Origin: a virus
Strand: one strand, 5' to 3'
IMG/VR virus record: IMGVR_UViG_3300028827_000102
Location: 32,001-96,000 of that record
Length of the DNA: 64,000 nt
In this document: piece after piece, positions 1 through 9,411 of the stretch
Layout: each line of letters starts with the position of its first letter
How positions within the stretch are numbered: the stretch's first letter is position 1
Notes under the pieces: generated by a model
What the model was told of the DNA's origin: nothing
Database searches by the model: none
The model's input: only the letters and a program-made list of their open reading frames with translations
Made by a program: the position numbers and the translations under genes

Positions 1-1821
1 TATGTGGTCGTCTGTAGATATACCATTTTGTGCAGTAACCACATAACTGGGCCATTTTGACTCATCTTTTCCAAATTTGTCTAATAAAATATCGGTCACA
101 CTGGCTGTTTCATCAACTAATCCTATTCTTGTGTTACTGGTATAACTAAGAGCAAAAAATGGCTCACAACCGCTAGATGTATTTAATAAAGCCGCTACAG
201 AACCTGTAGGAGCTACGGTATTAACGGTTACATTTCTTATTCCGTATTTTCTTATTAGTGCCCTAATCTCTTCATCCTGTTTACGCAAAAAACCAGAATT
301 TACGTATTTTCTTGGTTTAAATAGCGGGAACGGTCCACGCAATTTCGCTAAGTTAATACTGGCTTTGTAACTTTCTTGCTTAAAGAATGATACAAGTTTT
401 TCTGTAAATTGTAAAGCAGCTTCTGAGCCATACCTAAGACCTAATCGCATGAGCGCATCGCCATAACCAAGAAAACCCAAACCTATACGTCTTTCGTTAG
501 TCTGTTGGTCTTCTACCACTTTTTCGTGGTATTTATTTAGATCTATAACATCGTCTAGAAAACGTATGCCATTATGAATACATGACTTAAAATCATCCCA
601 GTTAAATTCTAGATCAGCACTTTCAAATGTTCTTTCGTAGTTAGGGAACTGTCCTACAGGTTTTATGAATTTTGCTAGATTTAAATGACTGAGATTGCAT
701 ACCCCATTAGCAGGTAGCATTTGCTCTCCGCACGGATTACTAGCTATTAGTCTAGCATAATAATATGAATTTGACATATTATTAGCATGGTCCATAAATA
801 TAATACCAGGCTCGCCAGACTCCCATGCATTTTGTATTATCTCTTTCCACAAAAATCTTGCTTGTATAGTGTCGTATACTTTTACCGTTTTACCAGCAGA
901 CAACCAATCTTCTAATGAACCATTCCACAGATCATCGTATTCAGGATCATCCAAATCTGGAAATACCAGATCCCAGGTATCGTCGTTTTCTACAGCACGC
1001 ATAAATGAATCGCTTAATAATACTGATATATTTGTATTACTCAATAAATTTTCATTTACATATACGTTACCGTTTGGTGTTGATATACTTTTTCTTTTTG
1101 CTTTTACGGTAACAAAATCAAGTATGTCTGGATGCCAGCACCACATAGCCTGCAAGCCTGCTCCACGTCTACTTCCACCTTGTTCTACAGCTCCAGCTAT
1201 CTGAGAAAATTGTTCTGCCCACGACACTGCTCCACTAGATCTTCCATTTACTTTTTTTACTGTGGCGCCTTTAGGACGTAGGATAGACAAGTTCCACCCA
1301 ACCCCACCTCCTCTGGAATATGTTTCAAACAACCTCGCCCAATGATTTGAAATCCCAGATCTACTGTCAGATGATATAGGAAATACGTAACAATTGAATA
1401 ATGTCAAATCTTGGTCCAGTCCCATACCTGCTTGTATTCTTCCGGCAGGTATAAATTTCTCGTTTATCATATCCGCTATTATTTCTTCTTTAAATATCTC
1501 CGTATCATCATGATATTGTTCGCTTTCCGCCTTTACTACAGCTTCACCTACTCTGCGGCATATGTCATCGTACGTTTTTTCCACCACCACATCTACTGAT
1601 GAGTGTGGTAATGTAATTGTTTCGTCTGAATTCGCTATTTTTACCGTAGCGTTTTTTGAAGACGCTTTTTCTACAACACCTATTTCTCTAGAAATATATC
1701 TGCGCCCTCCAGACTCTCTTTCTACCGAAACCACAACTAAATCGCCTTGTTTAGGCGCAGAACTGTAATCTTTTTTTGCATAGCGGTCCAAGCGAATACG
1801 ATCTCTATATCGCATAAGCAT
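1..1821 (-). CDS. nrdJ: Class II (adenosylcobalamin-dependent) ribonucleotide reductase, 3'-truncated by the window edge
   Basis: Not in the ORF track; translated by hand from ATG at 1821 (AGGAG upstream): MLMRYRDRIRLDRYAKK...FIPAGRI...TLFNCYV...GGGVG...QGGSRRGA...SGEPG...ASNPCGEQ.LP..GVCNL...RRIGLG...VAPTGS...SSGCEP. Frame stays open to position 1. No ATP cone is apparent. Confidence 0.9.
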   Translation of the reverse strand, partial: MLMRYRDRIRLDRYAKKDYSSAPKQGDLVVVSVERESGGRRYISREIGVVEKASSKNATVKIANSDETITLPHSSVDVVVEKTYDDICRRVGEAVVKAESEQYHDDTEIFKEEIIADMINEKFIPAGRIQAGMGLDQDLTLFNCYVFPISSDSRSGISNHWARLFETYSRGGGVGWNLSILRPKGATVKKVNGRSSGAVSWAEQFSQIAGAVEQGGSRRGAGLQAMWCWHPDILDFVTVKAKRKSISTPNGNVYVNENLLSNTNISVLLSDSFMRAVENDDTWDLVFPDLDDPEYDDLWNGSLEDWLSAGKTVKVYDTIQARFLWKEIIQNAWESGEPGIIFMDHANNMSNSYYYARLIASNPCGEQMLPANGVCNLSHLNLAKFIKPVGQFPNYERTFESADLEFNWDDFKSCIHNGIRFLDDVIDLNKYHEKVVEDQQTNERRIGLGFLGYGDALMRLGLRYGSEAALQFTEKLVSFFKQESYKASINLAKLRGPFPLFKPRKYVNSGFLRKQDEEIRALIRKYGIRNVTVNTVAPTGSVAALLNTSSGCEPFFALSYTSNTRIGLVDETASVTDILLDKFGKDESKWPSYVVTAQNGISTDDHI

Positions 1822-1845
1822 TTACTCCTGTCCAGATTGTAAAAA

Positions 1846-2028
1846 TTATTTATTTACGTCATTATTAGGTACTTTAGGAGAGTCTTGCATGTAATTACAT
1901 ACATTACAAGCTAGTACCGTTTTTGTTGGTTGGGAAAGAGTATTGGTCCTAAAACTGGCTATGCGTAAAGCAGAGCCACATTTGGGGCATTTATTGCCCA
2001 TTTCATTTTTATGATTCATTTTTTCCAT
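1846..2028 (-). CDS. Small zinc-ribbon protein
   Basis: CPKC...CNVC; co-oriented with the flanking genes. Confidence 0.6.
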   Translation of the reverse strand: MEKMNHKNEMGNKCPKCGSALRIASFRTNTLSQPTKTVLACNVCNYMQDSPKVPNNDVNK

Positions 2029-2437
2029 TTTTTGCAGATTTTATTACTTGTACAAGATGATCTATTGTTAGCAATATTGCTAAATCTTGTACTTTTCCGT
2101 CTATGTCACAACAACATAATATTCTTGCTTGTTTTCCGCGTGTCTGCACCTTATCAACAGACAATACCTCAAATCGCTTGACCTGTCCACCCTTTTTTGC
2201 AGCCTGCATATATGATTTCACGGTAGAGGTCAGTGTTTCAACTTCCGCTTCTAACGCAGCGGTTTTTCTTTTCCACTCGTTACATTCGGCTTTTAGTGAA
2301 TCTATTATATCTTCTTTTTCGTCATGTTTTCCGTTCACTGTTACCTGTTTCTCTACAGCCACTCCATTTCTAATTTTGTATACAATTTTTTCGTGTTTGT
2401 TTTCAGTTGGTTTATCTACAACACGCACTGCCATCAC
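2009..2437 (-). CDS. Hypothetical protein with central coiled coil
   Basis: Overlaps the upstream stop; heptad-like middle segment. Confidence 0.6.
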   Translation of the reverse strand: MMAVRVVDKPTENKHEKIVYKIRNGVAVEKQVTVNGKHDEKEDIIDSLKAECNEWKRKTAALEAEVETLTSTVKSYMQAAKKGGQVKRFEVLSVDKVQTRGKQARILCCCDIDGKVQDLAILLTIDHLVQVIKSAKNGKNES

Positions 2438-2910
2438 TTTTCTCCTTCTTGTTTTATTGCCGCATATTTAGCAATGTTTGCCGCATCAGCTTCGTGTTCT
2501 GTTGATAAATGACACCATTGTTTACAAGTAAGTGTAGATATTTTTCCGTTTTTTCCTTTTATTGCTCCAAAATGTCTTTTAGCGTATGTTTTATGTACTG
2601 ATGGTGTGATCAATGATACTTGTATATTTCTATTATAACACTCTCCGGCCAAGATTCCAATCATTATATTCACTTTTTCCATATTTCCAATAAAACCTTT
2701 TCCTCTACGTAATTGATACCGCTCTATCGCACACACATCAGGAGAAAATGTATTCAGTATATTTGAGACTCTATAGGAAAAATAAAACAATCTGGTTACA
2801 TCTTTTCCAATGCCTTCAGTCACACCTGTAGCTTCTAGGCAATCTTCTTCAAAATTATAGACCGCCCAGGCACAGTTTACAATACCAGGATCCCAGCCGA
2901 TTACCAACAT
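2434..2910 (-). CDS. ruvC: RuvC-like Holliday junction resolvase
   Basis: IGWDPG at the N-terminus, AIERY, C-terminal HEADA: RNase H-fold acidic residues. Confidence 0.8.
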   Translation of the reverse strand: MLVIGWDPGIVNCAWAVYNFEEDCLEATGVTEGIGKDVTRLFYFSYRVSNILNTFSPDVCAIERYQLRRGKGFIGNMEKVNIMIGILAGECYNRNIQVSLITPSVHKTYAKRHFGAIKGKNGKISTLTCKQWCHLSTEHEADAANIAKYAAIKQEGEK

Positions 2911-2922
2911 ATATTAGTGTTT

Positions 2923-3243
2923 TTAGCCTTTCTTTTTATCAGGCTTTTTCTTTTTATCAGCTTTTTTCGCAGCCTTCGCAAGCTTGGCTTCTAATGTTTT
3001 TATAATGTCAGACATTTTATTGATTTCGTCTTCCTGCTCTTTTATTTTCTTTTGCAAGTCTGCGTTTATTTTACGTGTGTCTTTTAGTTCTTTATTTAAC
3101 TTATCCAATTTATCCTGCAAATCAGACTTGGCAGAGGCAATCAAGGCAGATATATCAGGCGCATAATCTTTATTTTCTCTTTCCTTAGCACTGCGTTGTA
3201 CAACCTGTTTTCCAGCTTTTGTTACTAAAAGTACTTTACCCAT
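2923..3243 (-). CDS. Lys-rich coiled-coil protein
   Basis: GGAG RBS; long heptad repeat; basic tail. Confidence 0.65.
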   Translation of the reverse strand: MGKVLLVTKAGKQVVQRSAKERENKDYAPDISALIASAKSDLQDKLDKLNKELKDTRKINADLQKKIKEQEDEINKMSDIIKTLEAKLAKAAKKADKKKKPDKKKG

Positions 3244-3252
3244 GGTTTACTC

Positions 3253-3909
3253 CTAATAGGTTAAAATTCCAGGTATGTCTACAGACACAGAACTTACTAT
3301 CCATGTAATATGGTTACTAAAAGCTCTGTGTAGTTCTTGCATGGCACTTACCGCTTGTAAAAGTGTAGATGGGGCTCCTGATGATAAAGTATTTTCTGAA
3401 TCTATATACGGATGAGCCGTCGCATCAGGACGATGTGCAGTATAGGCTGTTTGAGCAGAAGCGACCCAAGACAATAAAGTTGCTTCATCTGTAGGAGCAG
3501 ATCCAGATATTGCTGCTGTCGTTGCGTTATGCACTCCCATATTTCCGTAATGAAAATTCATAGCACTATGCATATCTTCAGCTACATCTAAAGCATGACT
3601 CAATATAAGACTATCGCTTCCTGTGTTTATCAAATAATCATAATCGTACTGTAAACTACTACCAGTATCTACATATTTATGAGTAGAATTTAATTCTTGC
3701 ACAGACAAGATTCCAGAAGAAACGTATTCAGCAACATGATCTTTTACGCTTGAATGCATATTACTGAAAGTATGTCTCGGCATATCTATATAATCCCCCG
3801 GACCGAGATTAAAAACCAGTTTGCTGCTAGAAGCACGCCCAAATTTACTTGTTATGCCTACTCTTGTTTCAGTGGATTTACCCTTTGAAATGTTTATTAT
3901 TCTAAGCAT
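3253..3909 (-). CDS. Putative virion protein
   Basis: AGGAG RBS; S/T/A-rich; downstream of the late-type motif; N-terminus resembles that of 10706..11122. Confidence 0.5.
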   Translation of the reverse strand: MLRIINISKGKSTETRVGITSKFGRASSSKLVFNLGPGDYIDMPRHTFSNMHSSVKDHVAEYVSSGILSVQELNSTHKYVDTGSSLQYDYDYLINTGSDSLILSHALDVAEDMHSAMNFHYGNMGVHNATTAAISGSAPTDEATLLSWVASAQTAYTAHRPDATAHPYIDSENTLSSGAPSTLLQAVSAMQELHRAFSNHITWIVSSVSVDIPGILTY

Positions 3910-3918
3910 TGTATGCTC

Positions 3919-4851
3919 CTACAATGGAAAATAAGCCATACTTTCATATGGCTGTATTATTCTTGCCGTTATGTCCCAGGACAATAATTTTCCCTCTGGT
4001 GCCATATCTTTTACAGATATAGCTTTCCATCTATTTGAATCATCAGTAGCAGCAAACCAGTCTTCTGTAGTAATTCTGCGGAGAGTGTTATCTAACCACA
4101 AGTCTTGGGAACTAAAGTCATCGGATACACCGAAATCTTGTAAAATTTCTGCTTCGTCTTTTCTCGGTATATTTGCGTATACCACCATGTTAGATTTTCG
4201 TATATATCTTACATATACCATCCCAAAACGGGGACTTTCTCCTATCGGAGACGACCTTTTCATGGCTATTTTAACGTAGATATAAGAATTATGTAACCGC
4301 TGCTCTAAATTTTCTTTCGAGAAGGAAACCCAATCTAAATCAGATGGGGCTTTAATGTAAGCATCTATTTCGCCGCCTTCTGGTACGTCGGCTAAAGAAT
4401 AAATGGTATCTATTTTACCTATATTTGTCTGTATTTGTATTTTAGTGATTAAATATCCTTCGCGTGCGCCAGGTATTAGTACAAATCTACGTGGACGTTC
4501 TCGTTCGGAATAGTCAGGTATAATATTTACTGTTGTTATATTTGGATGCGTTACGTCCAGTGAGAAAAAATTTGTTCCATACTTATCAAAGCCACCCACT
4601 ACGCCTGTGCCATAACAACACCTGCATTTTGTATTAGGCGATACTTCGATATCAGCACAACTGCACCGTCTTCCTGCTATTATTCTGGAATAAAAATATA
4701 ACGATATCCGTACCGTTTCTACTGCTACATGGTTTAGTTGCGCTATACGCGGCAGCAATTGGTCTATAGCCACACTTCTAGCTTTATGGCGTAAAGCGTC
4801 AGTACCCGCAGAAACACGTAAAGTTTGTGGTCTATATATCTTTGCCATCAT
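3919..4851 (-). CDS. Putative neck/head-closure protein with Cys cluster
   Basis: RRCSC...KCRCCYGTGVVGGF, a pattern recalled from large-phage neck proteins; divergent from another structural-looking gene. Confidence 0.5.
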   Translation of the reverse strand: MMAKIYRPQTLRVSAGTDALRHKARSVAIDQLLPRIAQLNHVAVETVRISLYFYSRIIAGRRCSCADIEVSPNTKCRCCYGTGVVGGFDKYGTNFFSLDVTHPNITTVNIIPDYSERERPRRFVLIPGAREGYLITKIQIQTNIGKIDTIYSLADVPEGGEIDAYIKAPSDLDWVSFSKENLEQRLHNSYIYVKIAMKRSSPIGESPRFGMVYVRYIRKSNMVVYANIPRKDEAEILQDFGVSDDFSSQDLWLDNTLRRITTEDWFAATDDSNRWKAISVKDMAPEGKLLSWDITARIIQPYESMAYFPL

Positions 4852-4856
4852 TCCAC

Positions 4857-4894
4857 CTACTAAAAACTAAGCCTAGTTGCTTAGTTTTTAGTAG
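4857..4894. promoter_or_regulatory. Perfect 16-bp inverted repeat holding two divergent copies of TTAnnnTTTAGTAG
   Basis: CTACTAAAAACTAAGC-ctagtt-GCTTAGTTTTTAGTAG between divergent genes starting at 4851 and 4932. Confidence 0.75.
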
Positions 4895-4931
4895 AGATTA
4901 AATTTCGGACCGATGTTGCCAAAAGTGATAC

Positions 4932-6098
4932 ATGGAAGTAGTAAGAGGAACACATACAAATTTTGAAGCTGAATTTGTCGATATAAATGGTACACCACTT
5001 GTACCGGCAAATCCCGAGACTTACCCAATAGTAACCGTTCGAGATCCTGATGGTGATATTATTTCTACAGGCACAGGAACGGTTCTGGGAGACGGTTTAT
5101 ATAGATTTGCTTGGTTTGTGCCAGAAGACGCAGAAATAAATACTAACGACACACATTGGTCTGTATCTTGGGTATTTGTTACATCCTCTGGACATACCAA
5201 ACAAGTTGAACAAGCATTCGATGTAGTCGATAGAATTGAAGATTCGCCAGAAGATCTGGAACAGACCGTTATAGTTGACAGTGGTGAGTCTGCTAGAGTA
5301 TCTGTCCGGTGGCCAATAAAACCATATAGTATATCTTTGGATTTTCGCGATTCCTCTGGTGCGGTCTTATGGTCTGTGGATGGTGTTTCTACTAACTCGA
5401 TGGAATCCGATCCAGAAAACCCAAATCGTCTTATTACAGAAGTCGTTATAAATGGCGAATATGTATATTATTATGACACAGGCCCATTAAATTATGGCGA
5501 ATATCAAGCAGCATGGAATATACGCGAATCAATAGTATCAAATGCCACAAAATACATTCAAATAATTAGAGCAGTTCCTGGTGTGTTTTGGCACTATGCG
5601 ACCGAGTTGCGTATTTTTATCGACAAAATGCAAAAAAGAAGCGGAGTCGTACAGGCATATACTGATTCCGATCTATATAGCCATGTAATGGGAGGATTGG
5701 ACATAATAAATTTTTATGCCCCTACTACTACCTGGACGCTTACAGATATTCCTTTACAGGGTTCGCGTGGTGTTCGCACAGCATTATTATATGCTTCGGC
5801 AGTAAAAGCAATACAAGCACAGCAAATTTTGGATGTTGACTTGGATTTCAATCATTCCGGACAGACTGTAACACTTACATATAGTCACGACTGGAGTAAT
5901 GTATTATCCGCCCTGCAAGGACAATTAGATAAATTTGCAGAGGCTAAACCACAACTATTCCGCTTGGCAAACGGTGCAGCATTTTCAGGTGGACGACCAA
6001 AGAACTACAGATTCACCGAAAGAGTGTTCCGTATGTCGCATAATATGCGCGGAGTAGCTTTACCGTTAGGAGGTCCATGGCAAGCAATAGGATTATAA
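4932..6098 (+). CDS. Putative head-tail adaptor/neck protein with Ig-like N-terminal domains
   Basis: Beta-rich N-terminus (GDGLYRFAW, GEYQAAW); helical C-terminal part (YTDSDLY...DFNHSGQTVTL). Confidence 0.5.
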   Translation: MEVVRGTHTNFEAEFVDINGTPLVPANPETYPIVTVRDPDGDIISTGTGTVLGDGLYRFAWFVPEDAEINTNDTHWSVSWVFVTSSGHTKQVEQAFDVVDRIEDSPEDLEQTVIVDSGESARVSVRWPIKPYSISLDFRDSSGAVLWSVDGVSTNSMESDPENPNRLITEVVINGEYVYYYDTGPLNYGEYQAAWNIRESIVSNATKYIQIIRAVPGVFWHYATELRIFIDKMQKRSGVVQAYTDSDLYSHVMGGLDIINFYAPTTTWTLTDIPLQGSRGVRTALLYASAVKAIQAQQILDVDLDFNHSGQTVTLTYSHDWSNVLSALQGQLDKFAEAKPQLFRLANGAAFSGGRPKNYRFTERVFRMSHNMRGVALPLGGPWQAIGL

Positions 6099-6166
6099 AC
6101 CAAACAACAAGTAACCAAACAACAAGTAACCAAACAACAAGTAACCAAACAACCAAACAACCAACT
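6098..6166 (+). repeat. Tandem repeat (AACCAAACAACAAGT)x3 followed by (AACCAAAC)x2 and AACCAACT
   Basis: Read directly; intergenic, just upstream of the GAGAGGTG RBS of 6181. Confidence 0.9.
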
Positions 6167-6180
6167 ATGAGAGGTGTAAC

Positions 6181-6921
6181 ATGTTAGACATCAACAGACT
6201 GATTGAAGAAGGGAAACCCGTATTTGTGTATAATAGAACAAATAGGATTCTTGACCATTATAGTCCATTTGTTCTTATACTAAAAGACGCACACGGTAAG
6301 CCGTTCCCAGTTCCAATCCCTGCTACAAAGTTTCCGTTTTTACTGTCAGGAACCGTCCCGCCTGATATTTTGGCAAATTCCATGGAATTACATGATGCCA
6401 TAAGAAAGGGCATACTAGAATTAGTAGACCCAGAAGAAGGCGAGCGAATCATGAATGATCCCATGGCACAGAAAGCCATGGAAAGAGCCATGCGCAGATT
6501 CCAATCCAGGCGTAAGCCTGATGGTAACGATAACGATACCAGCAGCAAACGTTCTGAATACGCAGAAAGATATATACCACCATATGTAGAGACAAGTACC
6601 GACTTTTCTCAGTCTGATGAAATAAACGCGGTTTTGGGTGAAAAGGCTAAAGAAGCTCCATTAAAAGTGGCAGGAAGCAAAACACCCGAGACTCTAAGTA
6701 CTGAAGCAGAAATTCGTCCCAAGATTTCCCAGATTATATGGGATGTAAATAAAGATCCTGATCTTGCCGGTGATGCTATTGTGGATCTTGCTGCCATGGA
6801 TCTAACAGTAGATGACCTTGGTTATATAATAAACGAAGCTGAAGTAAAATCAGTAGTCTCTTGGGCTAAAGCGGAGTTAGCAAAAATAACGCCCAAGAAA
6901 AAGCGTCGAGGACGTAAGTAG
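6181..6921 (+). CDS. Hypothetical protein (structural region)
   Basis: 246-aa ORF with strong RBS. Confidence 0.6.
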   Translation: MLDINRLIEEGKPVFVYNRTNRILDHYSPFVLILKDAHGKPFPVPIPATKFPFLLSGTVPPDILANSMELHDAIRKGILELVDPEEGERIMNDPMAQKAMERAMRRFQSRRKPDGNDNDTSSKRSEYAERYIPPYVETSTDFSQSDEINAVLGEKAKEAPLKVAGSKTPETLSTEAEIRPKISQIIWDVNKDPDLAGDAIVDLAAMDLTVDDLGYIINEAEVKSVVSWAKAELAKITPKKKRRGRK

Positions 6922-6927
6922 GTTAAT

Positions 6928-7983
6928 ATGGCCGTTGTAAAAAGCCTCTTTGCCGAAAGCACTGACTCCTTTGGCGGAATGCCTTCTACAGGTTCTTATG
7001 TACAAGGAGGAGCAGGACAAGTACTAACCAAAACTGGTGTGCCTCCAAGCAAAGGGGCTTCTTCTAATCGTGCTACTATAGAAGAAGTGGCACGTAAAGC
7101 CACTCAGAGAATAAGAGAAGCTGGTAATAATTCCAATGTAGAGGGTGGACGTCCGTTTATCTTTCCAAGGTCATCTACTGTGGTTACGTGCAGTGCTTGG
7201 GAATACAGAAAATTAAGTGGTATAAGGCTTTATGTAAATCCTTCAGAAGTTACTTGGAATATAAAACGTAGAGGAACTATAACAAAAACTGCTGCAGGTC
7301 ATGTAAGGAATACATGGAGAAATAGATTTAGGTACTACGGTAGACCGACATATTACGACGAGTTGGAGGTTTCTTTCACCTTTCAATCTGGAAATATAAT
7401 GCCATATGCTGGTATAGATATGTACGATCCTAACGCATCCCCAGCGCAAATGGCTGAATACTTAGCCAACATTCAACCGCCCCCAGGACTCCAGAATTTT
7501 TACGAATTTTTAAGCTTATTGGACCAGCCACAAGTTTTAGGTGCTTATGAAAATAGGCATATAGTAATTCATCATTCTAGAGTATTTCCAACTATAAGGC
7601 TAGAGGGATTTTTTATCGATTCTTCTCCGGTGACTTTTACCGAAAGCGCTGAAAATGGTAATGAAGTTATTTGGCGAGCAACTATGTTGGTTTATCGTAC
7701 ATATCCAATGTTACAATCTGCAACGCAATTGATTGATATGTACAATAAATGGGCATCTACAGAAGGAGCTGGCGAAGCTATTGGAGAGGATAATACTATT
7801 AAATACAAAGAATGGATAGCGGCTCAGCAGAAACGTACGGAAGTACCAACAGTATCGGTAGCGCCTAAAAGTACACCCAATGATTCACTTATAGATAGTG
7901 TTATTTATAAAGATGGAAAAGCGCCGAATTACAATAATCCTGTAGAATTGAGAAATGCTTTGAAGAAACTTGGTTTGCTTTGA
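6928..7983 (+). CDS. Putative tail tube-initiator/baseplate hub-like protein
   Basis: LYVNPSEVTW...TKTAAG...GFF...FTES pattern recalled from contractile-tail tube-like proteins. Confidence 0.4.
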   Translation: MAVVKSLFAESTDSFGGMPSTGSYVQGGAGQVLTKTGVPPSKGASSNRATIEEVARKATQRIREAGNNSNVEGGRPFIFPRSSTVVTCSAWEYRKLSGIRLYVNPSEVTWNIKRRGTITKTAAGHVRNTWRNRFRYYGRPTYYDELEVSFTFQSGNIMPYAGIDMYDPNASPAQMAEYLANIQPPPGLQNFYEFLSLLDQPQVLGAYENRHIVIHHSRVFPTIRLEGFFIDSSPVTFTESAENGNEVIWRATMLVYRTYPMLQSATQLIDMYNKWASTEGAGEAIGEDNTIKYKEWIAAQQKRTEVPTVSVAPKSTPNDSLIDSVIYKDGKAPNYNNPVELRNALKKLGLL

Positions 7984-8699
7984 TAAAACTTTTCTATCTC
8001 TGATATACTTTTAACCTTCCTGCAGTTTTTTAGTGGCTTCTCACCTGTAACTGCTCCATACATAAAACACATAACTCTCTTCCAATAATTGGCATAATAA
8101 AAACAACGTCCTCTTTTTCTATAACATTTACGTATACACTGTGATCTTTCTCTATACAAACGTTCGTCGGTGGGGCATTTTATAGTACACCGCCAACCGT
8201 ATCTATAATTACAAATTTCTCTGGTACGGTACTTTGGTCCTGCGTTGTACCTGTTCAACACACACCGTATAGTTGGTCTGTATTTTTTCAGGTGTGCGTG
8301 TTTTCCGCACCACTCAAAATGACGCATAAGTTCTTTTGCCGAAATAGTAGCTGTTTTACTAGGATGGCGCACCAGACGCCTGCAAGTACGCAAAACCCAT
8401 TTTGTGGGTCCAACTATATGATGTTGTGTTATACCACAATCAGCCCTACATCGCCTTGAATTAATATCTTTACATTCAGGCCATAAACGAAATGCCGGTA
8501 CAAAGTCAGATTCTACCCTCATTACAGCAACAAGTAAATATGGATCTATTCCTGTTATCTTGCTTGCGATTTTAACGGATTTCGTTATTTTTGACACATA
8601 ACGCACAGAAAACGTTGTTGGCGCTATAGATTGTATGGCCGTTTCTATGCTTGGTGTATTAGCCAATAGCACTGCTATAAATGCAGAAAGTACTTGCAT
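7929..8699 (-). CDS. SLT-family lytic transglycosylase, Cys-rich, with hydrophobic N-terminus
   Basis: GIDPYLLVAVMRVESDF (catalytic Glu), GITQ, RYNAG; AAGGAGG RBS. Confidence 0.75.
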   Translation of the reverse strand: MQVLSAFIAVLLANTPSIETAIQSIAPTTFSVRYVSKITKSVKIASKITGIDPYLLVAVMRVESDFVPAFRLWPECKDINSRRCRADCGITQHHIVGPTKWVLRTCRRLVRHPSKTATISAKELMRHFEWCGKHAHLKKYRPTIRCVLNRYNAGPKYRTREICNYRYGWRCTIKCPTDERLYRERSQCIRKCYRKRGRCFYYANYWKRVMCFMYGAVTGEKPLKNCRKVKSISEIEKFYQSKPSFFKAFLNSTGLL

Positions 8700-8757
8700 T
8701 TATACCCTCCTTAATCAATTATTTCGGATTATTTTACATACCAGAAAAGCTCGACTA

Positions 8758-9411
8758 TTAATTTGACGAGGTGATAACCTGTTCTACTTTTTCTGTAATA
8801 CCTTCATATGACTCGTCTTTGAGTCTTTCGGCAAAACGCGATAACATGTTATCAATCGCTGTTTTTATTCTACGTTGTAGTACTTCATCTCCACTTGTAA
8901 TAGTAAACAAATCATCACGCATTCTACTGGCTTCTTCTATTGCCATTATAGTGACTTGCTTTACAAGTGGATCTATTACTACTTCACGCAAACTGTCGAG
9001 CAACGCTTTGCTGGACTTGAGCTTACCGAGAGTGATAACACTTTCTCTCAGCTCTCTTTGGGTGGTGATAAAATTTGACAGGAGACTTCTTCCATCTATT
9101 CCGTCATCTTCATTTACTTCTAAATGTTTTCCCTCCTCTATATCACGTACAAGCATTCTAGCTATGTACGATAAATGTTGAACAGATCTATCTAATATAG
9201 CATAACCGTCAGAACTGTCTATCAGACAGTTATCTGCATGCCACAGCATATCTTCTTCTGATACTTTTACTTTTTTTGCTAGTTTAATAGGATCCGCACC
9301 ACGACGAAGAACAGAATCTATCTTACGGATCTGTTTATAAGTAAAAGTATCACATATTATACATGTTGTTGTCATGTATATATCTATACTACATATGAGG
9401 TGAGATGTCAA
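8758..9411 (-). CDS. Zn/HTH protein, possible small terminase subunit (true start probably the internal MTTTC)
   Basis: CIIC...HTH-like...HADNC followed by long helices. Confidence 0.35.
   Translation of the reverse strand: MTSHLICSIDIYMTTTCIICDTFTYKQIRKIDSVLRRGADPIKLAKKVKVSEEDMLWHADNCLIDSSDGYAILDRSVQHLSYIARMLVRDIEEGKHLEVNEDDGIDGRSLLSNFITTQRELRESVITLGKLKSSKALLDSLREVVIDPLVKQVTIMAIEEASRMRDDLFTITSGDEVLQRRIKTAIDNMLSRFAERLKDESYEGITEKVEQVITSSN

Noticed and set aside
869-1768. Plus-strand ORFs 869..1204, 1411..1599 and 1562..1768
   Set aside because: Antisense shadows of the nrdJ frame
4857-4894. Inverted repeat as a terminator
   Set aside because: It lies between divergent starts, and each arm is a copy of the dispersed motif
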